NCBI GenBank assembly: GCA_032718475.1
Contig: JAUCBJ010001844.1
Location: forward strand, 1 to 32,427
Length of the DNA: 32,427 nt
DNA from: Nemertoderma westbladi
Lineage: Eukaryota > Animalia > Xenacoelomorpha
Direction of reading: 5' to 3'
A program made the translations under genes and the position numbers. Positions 1-12,715 of this stretch are shown here, piece after piece; position 1 is the first letter of the stretch; every line of letters begins with the position of its first letter. A model generated the notes under the pieces. The model searched no databases, was not told the origin of the DNA, and was given only the letters and a program-made list of their open reading frames with translations.

Positions 1-262
1 GGAACCGAGAGGTTCATTACTGTAAGAATTGTTTGCTGATTGATTGATTGACTGGCTGATCTACAGCCAAAACTACTCTAACGATTTTGATGAAATTTTC
101 ACAGCGGCTAGATACCGCGATTCTAAGGTCCCTGGTATGTTCCGCTATTTCGTCCATGAGCCGTGGGCTCGAAAAATAGACATAAACGAAAAAACGCCAT
201 AGGCGCAATGGTAAAATAACACCAATAACAGCTGGTGTCGTGATGAAAAATGGCTTATGTAA

Positions 263-1669
263 TAGGGCGGTGCGTTTTTTACTTTTTTTCGATTTCATTG
301 TTCTACCGGTGCACAAAAGTTGCCAAATGGTAAAAAAATAAGGCAAAAAAAATTTCTTTCAATTTCGTCTATATCTTCACGGATCCCAAGAGGGTTGAAA
401 TTTTGTGCCATCGCGATGCACCATAATGAAATTTATAACAATATAACACATTGATGAAAGATCAATGACTCAAAAAAGAACTTCCTGCATGCATCAAATG
501 TCATCAAATGGGTCCAAACTTAGTTAGATACCAAAATTTTAAATTTTGGATCAAGGGAAGTAGTGCCACAGGTAAATGACCAGAACCTACTCTTTGGCGC
601 AAGTGATGATTATTCTCAATTTTGGTGATGGACAACTTTTAGTTCTCCTACGGCATTAATATTATGCTCATTAGAACCGCAATGACCGATTTAGTGGGGG
701 TAGACACCATCAAAACAAGCATAGAGCGAATAGATCTTGAGATATTGCAGAAAATGTAAAGTACGGCACAAGTCAACATTACCGCCTTGATGATTTATAG
801 ACAAATACACAAAAATGTTACTTCTAATTATCTTAAGGCGTCAAAAATATACACATCACTGCAACAAATTGATTTAGTGTATACAGACAACTTCAAAATT
901 AAAGAGTAGTGATTAATTCACTATAGTTTTTGTACAAAATGTGTGGAATGGGTCAACTCAATATCAAGTATTAATTGGTGACATAGTCTTGACATTTTGT
1001 AAAATAACTCAAGAACTAATGACTCTATTCTTATTTTGAAGGTGTCTTCACCCACTATATTGATCATTTCTGTGATATGTCTATTCGTGATTCCTTGAGA
1101 TAATTCAAAATATCATTTTTAGTGTATTTGTCCATATCACATCAAGGCGGTAATGTAGACTTGTGCCGGACTTAACATTTTCTGTAATATCTCAAGAACA
1201 ATTCGCTCTACGTTTGTTTTGAAGGTGTCTACCCCCACTAAATCGGCCATTGCGGTTCTAATGAGCATAATATGAATGCAGTAGGAGAACTCATAGTTGG
1301 CCATCGCGAAAATTGAGAATAATCATCACTTGTGCCAAATGGTAGGTTCTGGCCACGTGCCTGTGGCACTAGTTCCCTTGATCCAAAAAATAAAATTTTG
1401 GTATCTAACTATGTTTGGACCCATTTGATGACATTTGATGCATGCAGGAAGTTCTTTTTTGAGTCATTGATCTTTCACCAATGTGTTATATTGTTATAAA
1501 TTTCATTATGGTGCATCGCGATGGCACAAAATTTCAACCCTCTTGGGATCCGTGAAGATATAGACGAAATTTAAAGAATTTTTTTTGCCTTATTTTTTTT
1601 ACCATTTGGCAACTTTTGTGCACCGGTAGAACAATGAAATCGAAAAAAAGTAAAAAACGCACCGCCCTA
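263..1669. mobile_element. hAT-like non-autonomous foldback element (MITE), 1407 bp, 8-bp TSD
   Basis: Ends TAGGGCGGTGCG...CGCACCGCCCTA. TSD TTATGTAA at 255-262 and 1670-1677. The empty site TGGCTTATGTAATGGATTTC is seen in unit 3 (5521-5540). Inverted arms extend to about 940/990. An 8-bp TSD with TAGGG termini is typical of hAT. Confidence 0.9.
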
Positions 1670-2808
1670 TTATGTAATGGATTTCTACACAAGGCTTAGT
1701 ATAAATCGATGAGGTTGCCAAGATTATTGTACTTAGTACACCCATACTGTTTGTTTAGGCCCTAGGACACTCTGTCAAAGCAAATATTAACTGGTTGGTT
1801 TAGTTAATCGCCTCAGCTGAATTACTCTTCCCAATGCATTCTATGCGAATATCTCCCTCTGCTAATGTAAGCTGAATGACTTAAGTACACAGTGTGTTGG
1901 CTACATTAATGCCAACATTATTGCAAAATGTTTTATTGTTGGATTACTCTCTGTCAGTCTCCCCTTCAGAACATTGTATAGGGAATTTACTTTAGTTTAC
2001 TCTACTGTGCCATTCAGCTGAATGGATTTGAGCGATTGCCAAGTACAGAGTTGGATCATTCTCTGACCATAGGCAAAGACATCAAATCTTTTTAAGAATA
2101 TACTTTTTCCATGTTTTTTTTTCTGACCAAAAATTTCAAAAAAATTTTTTCGTAGCCAGTACTGCCAATCGATTCGCCATCAAAAATAACGCAAAAAATT
2201 TTTTTTGCAAAATTTTAAATTACTGTAAATTTTTGGCGACTGGGGGGGGGGTCAATTTTTTCGATCCGCTATAACTCCGGAACGCTTTGTCCAAATTCGA
2301 TGGGGTTTTCATTTTTCAACTTAATTCGATGTCCTCTTTCAGCCTATCCATGTTTCGAAACCCCAAACAGCGCCGTTCAAAAATTATTTTTTTCTAGTTC
2401 TAGAATTTTACAAATTTCAAAAAAGTTGCAGTATTTTATTAACGCCTTTACGGAATTCGATAGCGTTTTCGATTTTTATATTAAACGCAATATCCTGAAT
2501 CTCACTAGCCTAGTTTCGCGTCACCAATGCCAAGATTTCATACTTTTGAGGAAAATTTTTCTAGAATAATTTTTATTTAATTACATTTATCGCGATTTCT
2601 TATTACTGATTGCACATGAATTGATGGAGTTTTCAATTTATTAACTAAACACGATATCGCGCATCGCACCAGCGTGGTTTCGAAATTCCAAAACGAGGTC
2701 TTCACTAGTTGCAGGTCGATTTTGTTCTAGAATTGAGCAACTAATAATGGATCGAATTTATTAATAATTATTGTATGAAATATGATTGTATTTTTAGATA
2801 ATTATGTA

Positions 2809-3659
2809 CGGTGGCCCATAACGGACATCACTACAACCAAAGACTCTCCATAGACCACCATAACCAAACCAATTGTTTGTGGCTGTCACGGCAGCACGGT
2901 ACTACGGCAGTACGGCAACACGGCATTTGTTTGTTGCTGTCACGGCAGTACAGCAAGCAGCAGGTGATTTCACAACAAATTCTGATTGGTTAACTTAGTT
3001 AACTTGAACTGCGCCAAATTTGAATGCCCTGGTTAGCTTTACCTGTTCAGCAATGCTGTATAGTATAAGGTGGTATGGTTGAATGTTTATTAGACAGTAC
3101 TGCAGTAGCTAGTCTTACTGCAGTAGTTAGACTATCCACGACATTATATTACAACAAGCTTTTGAGAAGTTGTGCGGTTTTTTCACAGACGTTTTTGATG
3201 AAAGTTTATTAGTTGATGATTTTGTTCTTTGCTACACTGACGGTAAATTGGTAAACAAAATGCGACGACCCAATGACGATGATGATTTTTGTTTGAAGAA
3301 ACTGAAAGACTATCTTGAGAAAGATTATAACCGGATAACACTCGGTTTATGTTTGAAGCCACAAACAATTGTCGTACTGTAGTGTTGTGACAGCAACAAA
3401 CAATTGCTGTGTTGCCGTAGTGCCGTGCTGCCGTAGTGTTGTGACATCAACAAACAAATGCTGTGTTGCCGTACTGCCGTAGTGCCGTGCTGCCGTGACA
3501 ACCACAAACAATTGCCGTAGTGTTGTGACAACAACAAACAAATGCTGTGTTGCCGTACTGCCGTAGTGCCGTGCTGCCGTGACAGCCACAAACAATTGGT
3601 TTGGTAATGGTGGTATATGGAGAGTCTTTGGTTGTAGTGATGTCCTTTATGGGCCACCG
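2809..3659. mobile_element. MITE with TIRs, TA-flanked (Tc1/mariner-like), 851 bp
   Basis: TA|CGGTGGCCCATA...TATGGGCCACCG|TA. Inverted arms of about 140 bp contain ACGGCA-rich subrepeats that are expanded in the right arm. It is absent from the other A units (empty site TAGATAATTATTAGTTC near 5173-5189). Superfamily is less certain because 8 extra bases sit at the left junction. Confidence 0.8.
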
Positions 3660-3748
3660 TAATTATTAGTTCTATACTAATTCTCGTTGTCTCTTTTATT
3701 TAAAATAAAAAGTCGGTTCCTTATCGGGCCGCTAGGCCCGTCACTAGT

Positions 3749-5268
3749 TAGGAACCGAGAGGTTCATTACTGTAAGAATTGCTCGAGACTGGCTGGCTGA
3801 CTGACTGACTGAATGACTGACTGACTGACTGACTAATCTACAGCCAAAACTACTCTAACGATTTTGATGAAATTTTCACAGCGGCTAGATACCGCGATTC
3901 TAAGGTCCCTGGTATGTTCCGCTATTTCGTCCATGAGCCGTGGGCTCGAAAAATAGACATAAACGAAAAAACGACATAGGCGCAATGGTAAAATAACACC
4001 CATGACAGCTGGTGTCGTGATGAAAAATGGCTTATGTAATGCATTTCTACAGAAGGCTTAGTAATAAATCGATGAGGTTGCCAAGATTATTACACTCAGT
4101 ACACCCATACTGTTTGTATAGGCCACCACTCTCTGTCAAAGCAAACATTATGAACTGGTTGGTTTAGTTTGAAATCTAATATCGCCTCAGCTGAATTACT
4201 CTTCCCAATGCAATCTATGGGAATATCTCACTCTGCTAATGTAAGCTGAATGACTGTTACGTACACAGTGAGTTGGCTACATTAATGCCAACATTATTGC
4301 AAAATGTTTTATTGTTGGATTACTCTCTGTCAGTCACCCCTTCAGAACATTGTATAGGGAATTTACTTTAGTTTACTCTACTGTGCCATTCAGCTGAATG
4401 GATTTGAGCGATTGCCAAGTTACAGAGTTGGATCATTCTCTGACCATAGGCAAAGACATCAAATCTTTTTAAAAATATACTTTTTCCATGTTTTTTTTTC
4501 TGACCAAAAATTTCAAAAAAAAAGTTTTCGTAGCCAGTACTGCCAATCGATTCGCCATCAAAAATAACGCAAAAAATTTTTTTTGCAAAATTTTAAATTA
4601 CTGTAAATTTTTGGCGACTGGGGGGGGTCAATTTTTTTCGATCCGCTATAACTCCGGAACGCTTTGTCCAAATTCGATGGGGTTTTCATTTTTCAACCTA
4701 ATTCGATGTCCTCTTTCAGCCTATCCATGTTTCGAAACCCCAAACAACGCCGTTCAAAAATTATTTTTTTCTAGTTCTAGAATTTTACAAATTTCAAAAA
4801 AGTTGCAGTATTTTATTAACGCCTTTACGGAATTCGATAGCGTTTTCGATTTTTATATTAAACGCAATATCCTGAATCTCACTAGCCTAGTTTCGCGTCA
4901 CCAATGCCAAGACTTCATACTTTTTGAGGAAAATTTTTCTAGAATAATTTTTATTTAATTACATTTATAGCGATTTCTTATTACTGATTGCACATGAATT
5001 GATGGAGTTTTCAATTTATTAACTAAACACGATATCGCGCATCGCACCAGCGTGGTTTCGAAATTCCAAAACGAGGTCTTCACTAGTTGCAGGTCGATTT
5101 TGTTCTAGAATTGAGCAACTAATAATAGATCGAATTTATTAATAATTATTGTATGAAATATGATTGTATTTTTAGATAATTATTAGTTCTATACTAATTC
5201 TCGTTGTCTCTTTTATTTAATAAAATAAAAAGTCGGTTCCTTATCGGGCCGCTAGGCCCGTCACTAGT
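3749..5268 (+). mobile_element. HINE unit 2, subfamily A, full length
   Basis: 5' subTIR AGGAACCGA at 3750-3758, (CTGA)n, shared core, A-type interior, A-type 3' subTIR, hairpin and CTAGT. Confidence 0.85.
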
Positions 5269-6751
5269 TAGGAACCGAGAGGTTCATTACTGTAAGAATT
5301 GTTGGCTGATTGATTGACTGGCTGGTTAATCTATAGCCAAAACTACTCTAACGATTTTGATGAAATTTCCACAGCGGCTAGATACCGCGATTCTAAGGTC
5401 CCTGGTATGTTCCGCTATTTCGTCCATGAGCCGTGGGCTCGAAAAATAGACATAAACGAAAAAACGCCATAGGCGCAATGGTAAAATAACACCAATAACA
5501 GCTGGTGTCGTGATGAAAAATGGCTTATGTAATGGATTTCTACACAAGGCTTAGTATAAATCGATGAGGTTGCCAAGATTATTGTACTCAGTACACCCAT
5601 ACTGTTTGTTTAGGCCCTAGGACACTCTGTCAAAGCAAATATTAACTGGTTGGTTTAGTTTGAAATCTATTATCGCCTCAGCTGAATTACTCTTCCCAAT
5701 GCATTCTATGGGAATATCTCACTCTGCTAATGTAAGCTGAATGACTTAAGTACACAGTGTGTTGGCTACATTAATGCCAACATTATTGCAAAATGTTTTA
5801 TTGTTGGATTACTCTCTGTCAGTCTCCCCTTCAGAACATTGTATAGGGAATTTACTTTAGTTTACTCTACTGTGCCATTCAGCTGAATGGATTTGAGCGA
5901 TTGCCAAGTTACAGAGTTGGATCATTCTCTGACCATAGGCAAAGACAAATCTTTTTAAAAATATACTTTTTCCATGTTTTTTTTCTGACCAAAAATTTCA
6001 AAAAAATTTTTTTGTAGCCAGTACTGCCAATCGATTCGCCATCAAAAATAACGCAAAAAATTTTTTTTGCAAAATTTTAAATTACTGTAAATTTTTGGCG
6101 ACTGGGGGGGGGGTCAATTTTTTTCGATCCGCTATAATTCCGGAACGCTTTGTCCAAATTCGATGGGGTTTTTATTTTTCAACTTAATTCGACGTCCTCT
6201 TTAGGCCTATCCATTTTTCGAAACCCCAAACAGCACCGTTCAAAAATTAATTTTTTCTAGTTCTAGAATTTTACAAATTTCAAAAAAGTTGCAGTATTTT
6301 ATTAATGCCTTTACGGAATTTGATAGCGTTTTCGATTTTTATATTAAACGCAATATCCTGAATCTCACTAGCCTAGTTTCGCGTCACCAATGCCAAGACT
6401 TCATACTTTTTGAGGAAAATTTTTCTAGAATAATTTTTATTTAATTACATTTATCGCGATTTCTTATTACTGATTGCACATGAATTGATGGAGTTTTCAA
6501 TTTATTAACTAAACACGATATCGCGCATCGCACCAGCGTGGTTTCGAAATTCCAAAACAAGGTCTTCACTAGTTGCATGTCGTTTTTGTTCTAGAATTGA
6601 GCAACTAATAATTGATTGAATTTATTAATAATTATTGTATGAAATATGATTGTATTTTTACATAATGATTAGTTCTATATTTATTCTCGTTGTCTCTTTT
6701 ATTTTAAATAAAAAGTCGGTTCCTTATCGGGCCGCTAGGCCCGTCACTAGT
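5269..6751 (+). mobile_element. HINE unit 3, subfamily A, full length
   Basis: Same termini and interior as unit 2 with scattered substitutions. Its junction to unit 4 is CTAG-TTATT-AGCAAG. Confidence 0.85.
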
Positions 6752-6753
6752 TA

Positions 6754-7861
6754 TTAGCAAGTCGTTAGACTTGATTACTGTAAGAATTGTTGACTGACTG
6801 ACTGGCTGGCTGGCTGGCTGACTGGCTGGCTGGCTGGCTGGCTGATCTACAGCCAAAACTACTCTAACGATTTTGATGAAATTTTCACAGCATCTAGATA
6901 CCGCGATTCTAAGGTCCCTGGCATGATCGGCTACTCCGTCCATAGCCTCTGGGCTCGAAAAATAGAGATAAACGAAAAAAACGCCATAGGCGCAATGGTA
7001 AAATAACACCCATGACAGCTGGTGTTCTGATGGAAAATGGCTTATGTAATGCAATTCTACACAAGGCTTAGTATAAATCGATGAGGTTGCCAAGATTATT
7101 GTACTCAGTACACCCATACTGTTTGTTTAGGCCCTACCAACCACTCTGTGCAAACAAACATCAACTGGTTGGTTTGCTATTCTATAGGGAGCCACCTAAC
7201 AAGGAAGTACATACAGTGCCAACTTTATAATCATTCACTGGGTTAGCCGGCTATTACAGCCTCAGCTGAATAACTCTTCCCAATGCTTTCTATGGCGATC
7301 TACAAGGTTACTCTCTCTTCTATGTTAATTGACGTGTAAGCTGATTGACTGTTAGTTACACAGTGTGTTGGGTACTATTGGATTGCACTGTATTTATAAT
7401 AATAATTGTTTTATTTTTAAATCTTTCGGCCAACATTAATTCTGTGGAGGCAGTATGCTTATAAGGTGGAATGTTTACTCAGCCTCATACTGATACTGTG
7501 TAAGGCTAACACTAACATTATAGTTTGAAATATATATATCACTGCTTATTATCTGTATCAGGATACACACTGTGGCATTCTAAATGTTTTATACTGTAGG
7601 TGATTGACATTGTGCAAGCTGAATGACTGTTAGTTCTTTCAGACCATAGCCAAACATTGTTGAGGGAATTTAGTTTAGTTCACTCTACTGTGCCATTCAA
7701 CTGAATGAATTTGAGCAATTGCCAAATTACAGAGTGGGATCTCTCTCTGACCATAGGTAAATAGCCCTTCCATTCTGACCATAGGTAAACATTGTTGAGG
7801 GAATTTATATTTGATTGATGACTTCCGACTTGCTTAACGGCGTCTTGACGCCGTCTCTAGT
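6754..7861 (+). mobile_element. HINE unit 4, subfamily B, ~1.1 kb
   Basis: 5' subTIR AGCAAGTCG at 6756-6764 with mini-hairpin CAAGTC-GTTA-GACTTG. 3' subTIR CGACTTGCT at 7826-7834, hairpin ACGGCGTC-TT-GACGCCGT at 7837-7854, CTAG at 7857-7860. Confidence 0.85.
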
Positions 7862-9344
7862 TAGGAACCGAGAGGTTCATTACTGTAAGAATTGCTCGAG
7901 ACTGGCTGACTGACTGACTGATCTACAGCCAAAACTACTCTAACGATTTTGATGAAATTTTCACAGCGGCTAGATACCGCGATTCTAAGGTCCCTGGTAT
8001 GTTCCGCTATTTCGTCCATGAGCCGTGGGCTCGAAAAATAGATATAAACGAAAAAACGCCATAGGCGCAATGGTAAAATAACACCAATAACAGCTGGTGT
8101 CCTGGTGAAAAATGGCTTATGTAATGCATTTCTACACAAGGCTTAGTAATAAATCGATGAGGTTGCCAAGATTATTATACTTAGTACACCCATACTGTTT
8201 GTTTAGGCCCTAGGACACTCTGTCAAAGCAAATATTAACTGGTTGGTTTAGTTTGAAATCTAATATCGCCTCAGCTGAATTACTCTTCCCAATGCATTGT
8301 ATGGGAATATCTCATCTGCTAATGTAAGCTGAATGACTTAGGTACACAGTGTGTTGGCTACATTAATGCCAACATTATTGCAAAATGTTTTATTGTTTGA
8401 TTACTCTCTGTCAGTCTCCCCTTCAGAACATTGTATAGGGAATTTAGTTTAGTTTACTCTACTGTGCCATTCAGCTGAATGGATTTGAGCAATTGCCAAG
8501 TTACAGAGTTGGATCATTCTCTGACCATAGGCAAAGACATCAAATCTTTTTAAAAAGATACTTTTTCCATGTTTTTTTTCTGACCAAAAATTTAAAAAAA
8601 AATTTTTTGTAGCCAGTACTGCCAATCGATTCGCCATCAAAAATAACGCAAAAAATTTTTTTTGCAAAATTTGAAATTACTGTAAATTTTTGGGGACTGG
8701 GGGGGGTCAATTTTTTTCGATCCGCTATAACTTCGGAACGCTTTGTCCAAATTCGATGGGGTTTTTATTTTTCAACTTAATTCGACGTCCTCTTTCAGCC
8801 TATCCATTTTTCGAAACCCCAAACAGCACCGTTCAAAAATTAATTTTTTCTAGTTCTAGAATTTTACAAATTTCAAAAAAGTTGCAGTATTTTATTAACG
8901 CCTTTACGGAATTTGATAGCGTTTTCGATTTTTATATTAAACGCAATATCCTGAATCTCACTAGCCTAGTTTCGCGTCACCAATGCCAAGACTTCATACT
9001 TTTAGAGGAAAATTTTTCTAGAATAATTTTTATTTAATTACATTTATCGCGATTTCTTATTACTGGTTGCACATGAATTGATGGAGTTTTCAATTTATTA
9101 ACTAAACACGATATCGCGCATCGCACTTGCGTGGTTTCGAAATTCCAAAACGAGGTCTTCACTCGTTGCATGTCGTTTTTGTTCTAGAATTGAGCAACTT
9201 ATAATAGATTGAATTTATTAATAATTATTGTATGAAATATGATTGTATTTTTACATAATGATTAGTTCTATACTAATTCTCGTTGTCTCTTTTATTTAAA
9301 ATAAAAAGTCGGTTCCTTATCGGGCCGCTAGGCCCGTCACTAGT
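7862..9344 (+). mobile_element. HINE unit 5, subfamily A, full length
   Basis: A-type termini and interior, similar to units 2 and 3. Confidence 0.85.
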
Positions 9345-9678
9345 TAGCAAGTCGTAGGACTTGATTACTGTAAGAATTGTTGGCTGATTGACTGGCTGGC
9401 TGGCTGGCTGACTGGCTGGCTGGCTGGCTGGCTGATCTACAGCCAAAACTACTCTAACGATTTTGATGAAATTTTCACAGCGGCTAGATACCGCGATTCT
9501 AAGGTCCCTGGTATGTTCCGCTATTTCGTCCATGAGCCGTGGGCTCGAAAAATAGACATAAACGAAAAAACGCCATAGGCGCAATGGTAAAATAACACCA
9601 ATGACAGCTTGTTGATGGAATTTACATTTGATTGATGACTTCCGACTTGCTTAACGGCGTCTTGACGCCGTCTCTAGT
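9345..9678 (+). mobile_element. HINE unit 6, internally deleted 334-bp element with B termini and an A-type core
   Basis: 5' AGCAAGTCGTAGGACTTG. The core carries A alleles (CAGCGGCTAG, GGTATGTTCCGCTATTTCG). It jumps at about 9609 straight to the B 3' end. Confidence 0.85.
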
Positions 9679-10786
9679 TAGCAAGTCGTTAGACTTGATT
9701 ACTGTAAGAATTGTTGACTGACTGACTGGCTGGCTGGCTGGCTGACTGGCTGGCTGGCTGGCTGGCTGATCTACAGCCAAAACTACTCTAACGATTTTGA
9801 TGAAATTTTCACAGCATCTAGATACCGCGATTCTAAGGTCCCTGGCATGATCGGCTACTCCGTCCATAGCCTCTGGGCTCGAAAAATAGAGATAAACGAA
9901 AAAAACGCCATAGGCGCAATGGTAAAATAACACCCATGACAGCTGGTGTCCTGATGAAAAATGACTTATGTAATGCAATTCTACACAAGGCTTAGTATTA
10001 AATAGATGAGGTTGCCAAGAGTATTATACTTAGTACACCCATACTGTTTGTTTAGGCCCTACCAACCACTCTGTGCAAACAAACATCAACTGGTTGGTTT
10101 GCTATTCTATAGGGAGCCACCTAACAAGGAAGTACATACAGTGCCAACTTTATAATCATTCACTGGGTTAGCCGGCTATTACAGCCTCAGCTGAATAACT
10201 CTTCCCAATGCTTTCTATGGCGATCTACAAGGTTACTCTCTCTTCTATGTTAATTGACGTGTAAGCTGATTGACTGTTAGTTACACAGTGTGTTGGGTAC
10301 TATTGGATTGCACTGTATTTATAATAATAATTGTTTTATTTTTAAATCTTTCGGCCAACATTAATTCTGTGGAGGCAGTATGCTTATAAGGTGGAATGTT
10401 TACTCAGCCTCATACTGATACTGTGTAAGGCTAACACTAACATTATAGTTTGAAATATATATATCACTGCTTATTATCTGTATCAGGATACACACTGTGG
10501 CATTCTAAATGTTTTATACTGTAGGTGATTGACATTGTGCAAGCTGAATGACTGTTAGTTCTTTCAGACCATAGCCAAACATTGTTGAGGGAATTTAGTT
10601 TAGTTCACTCTACTGTGCCATTCAACTGAATGAATTTGAGCAATTGCCAAATTACAGAGTGGGATCTCTCTCTGACCATAGGTAAATAGCCCTTCCATTC
10701 TGACCATAGGTAAACATTGTTGAGGGAATTTATATTTGATTGATGACTTCCGACTTGCTTAACGGCGTCTTGACGCCGTCTCTAGT
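9679..10786 (+). mobile_element. HINE unit 7, subfamily B
   Basis: B termini; interior nearly identical to unit 4. Confidence 0.85.
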
Positions 10787-11891
10787 TAGCAAGTCGTTAG
10801 ACTTGATTACTGTAAGAATTGTGCTGACTGACTGGCTGGCTGGCTGGCTGACTGGCTGGCTGGCTGGCTGGCTGATCTACAGCCAAAACTACTCTAACGA
10901 TTTTGATGAAATTTTCACAGCATCTAGATACCGCGATTCTAAGGTCCCTGGCATGATCGGCTACTCCGTCCATAGCCTCTGGGCTCGAAAAATAGAGATA
11001 AACGAAAAAAACGCCATAGGCGCAATGGTAAAATAACACCCATGACAGCTGGTGTTCTGATGGAAAATGGCTTATGTAATGCAATTCTACACAAGGCTTA
11101 GTATAAATCGATGAGGTTGCCAAGATTATTGTACTCAGTACACCCATACTGTTTGTTTAGGCCCTACCAACCACTCTGTGCAAACAAACATCAACTGGTT
11201 GGTTTGCTATTCTATAGGGAGCCACCTAACAAGGAAGTACATACAGTGCCAACTTTATAATCATTCACTGGGTTAGCCGGCTATTACAGCCTCAGCTGAA
11301 TAACTCTTCCCAATGCTTTCTATGGCGATCTACAAGGTTACTCTCTCTTCTATGTTAATTGACGTGTAAGCTGATTGACTGTTAGTTACACAGTGTGTTG
11401 GGTACTATTGGATTGCACTGTATTTATAATAATAATTGTTTTATTTTTAAATCTTTCGGCCAACATTAATTCTGTGGAGGCAGTATGCTTATAAGGTGGA
11501 ATGTTTACTCAGCCTCATACTGATACTGTGTAAGGCTAACACTAACATTATAGTTTGAAATATATATATCACTGCTTATTATCTGTATCAGGATACACAC
11601 TGTGGCATTCTAAATGTTTTATACTGTAGGTGATTGACATTGTGCAAGCTGAATGACTGTTAGTTCTTTCAGACCATAGCCAAACATTGTTGAGGGAATT
11701 TAGTTTAGTTCACTCTACTGTGCCATTCAACTGAATGAATTTGAGCAATTGCCAAATTACAGAGTGGGATCTCTCTCTGACCATAGGTAAATAGCCCTTC
11801 CATTCTGACCATAGGTAAACATTGTTGAGGGAATTTATATTTGATTGATGACTTCCGACTTGCTTAACGGCGTCTTGACGCCGTCTCTAGT
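10787..11891 (+). mobile_element. HINE unit 8, subfamily B
   Basis: B termini; shares the GTTCTGATGGAAAATGG variant with unit 4. Confidence 0.85.
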
Positions 11892-12715
11892 TAGGAACCG
11901 AGAGGTTCATTACTGTAAGAATTGCTCGTGGCTGGCTGACTGACTGGCTGGCTGATCTACAGCCAAAACTACTCTAACGATTTTGATGAAATTTTCACAG
12001 CGGCTAGATACCGCGATTCTAAGGTCCCTGGTATGTTCCGCTATTTCGTCCATGAGCCGTGGGCTCGAAAAATAGACATAAACGAAAAAACGCCATAGGC
12101 GCAATGATAAAAACACCAGCTGGCACTCATGAAAAATGGATAGAGATGGCCTAGTAATGCTATTCTATAGGAATGGCCACCTAACAAGGAAATGCTTTCT
12201 GTGCCAAGTATTATCCTCACTCTACAACTCAGACAGTAAGCAAACAAAAGCCGTGGGATTCTAATGTATTACATCATAAGCTGATTGCTCTCCCAATAGC
12301 CCTCACACACTCACTGAATCGAATGAAATCGAATATCTATTAGCTTAATGCGAATAGCTGGTAAGCTGAATGCCATTTTAGTTATTGTGTACTGTTGATT
12401 GCAGAGTTGACTGCTATGTTGTATGTATTTAATTAAAATAATTTTCGTAGAGGGAAGTTAATTTGGGATTACTTTCTATCAGATGTAAGCAAAGCTGTTC
12501 AATGGGGTGGGTCATGGGACCCAAATATAGTACATTATGCATGGCAAACATTAATAAAATCATTCAGTCAACCTGAAGGGTATTTGCTTTAGTTAACTCT
12601 ACTGTGCGAAAAACGAATTTATAATGTTACCCATACTTCAGGTGAATGAATTTTTAGATATTTGTACTGAAGGCAAGGATTTCTGATATAATTAAAATAC
12701 AAGACAGGGGCTTGT

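Larger units (their letters stand above)
1..3748 (+). mobile_element. HINE unit 1, subfamily A (first bases cut by the window edge; interrupted by two MITEs)
   Basis: Starts GGAACCGAGAGGTTC. 3' subTIR TCGGTTCCT at 3713-3721, hairpin CGGGCC-GCTA-GGCCCG at 3725-3740, CTAG at 3744-3747. About 1.47 kb once the two insertions are removed. Confidence 0.85.

Noticed and set aside
3725-3740. Rho-independent terminators at the GC hairpins
   Set aside because: Eukaryotic context and no U-tract; the hairpins are explained as transposon 3' stem-loops.
3721-3750. Canonical Helitron1 (5'-TC...hairpin-CTRR-3' inserted in A|T)
   Set aside because: The hairpin plus CTAG fits, but units start with TT plus a subTIR that pairs with a 3' subTIR rather than with TC. 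This fits Helentron/HINE better.
4488-4958. Recurrent 89-156-aa ORF in A units (also 2300, 8690, 14432) and minus-strand ORFs over the core
   Set aside because: No recognisable domain. The frame is broken by homopolymer indels or stops in sister units, and recurrence simply reflects the repeat.
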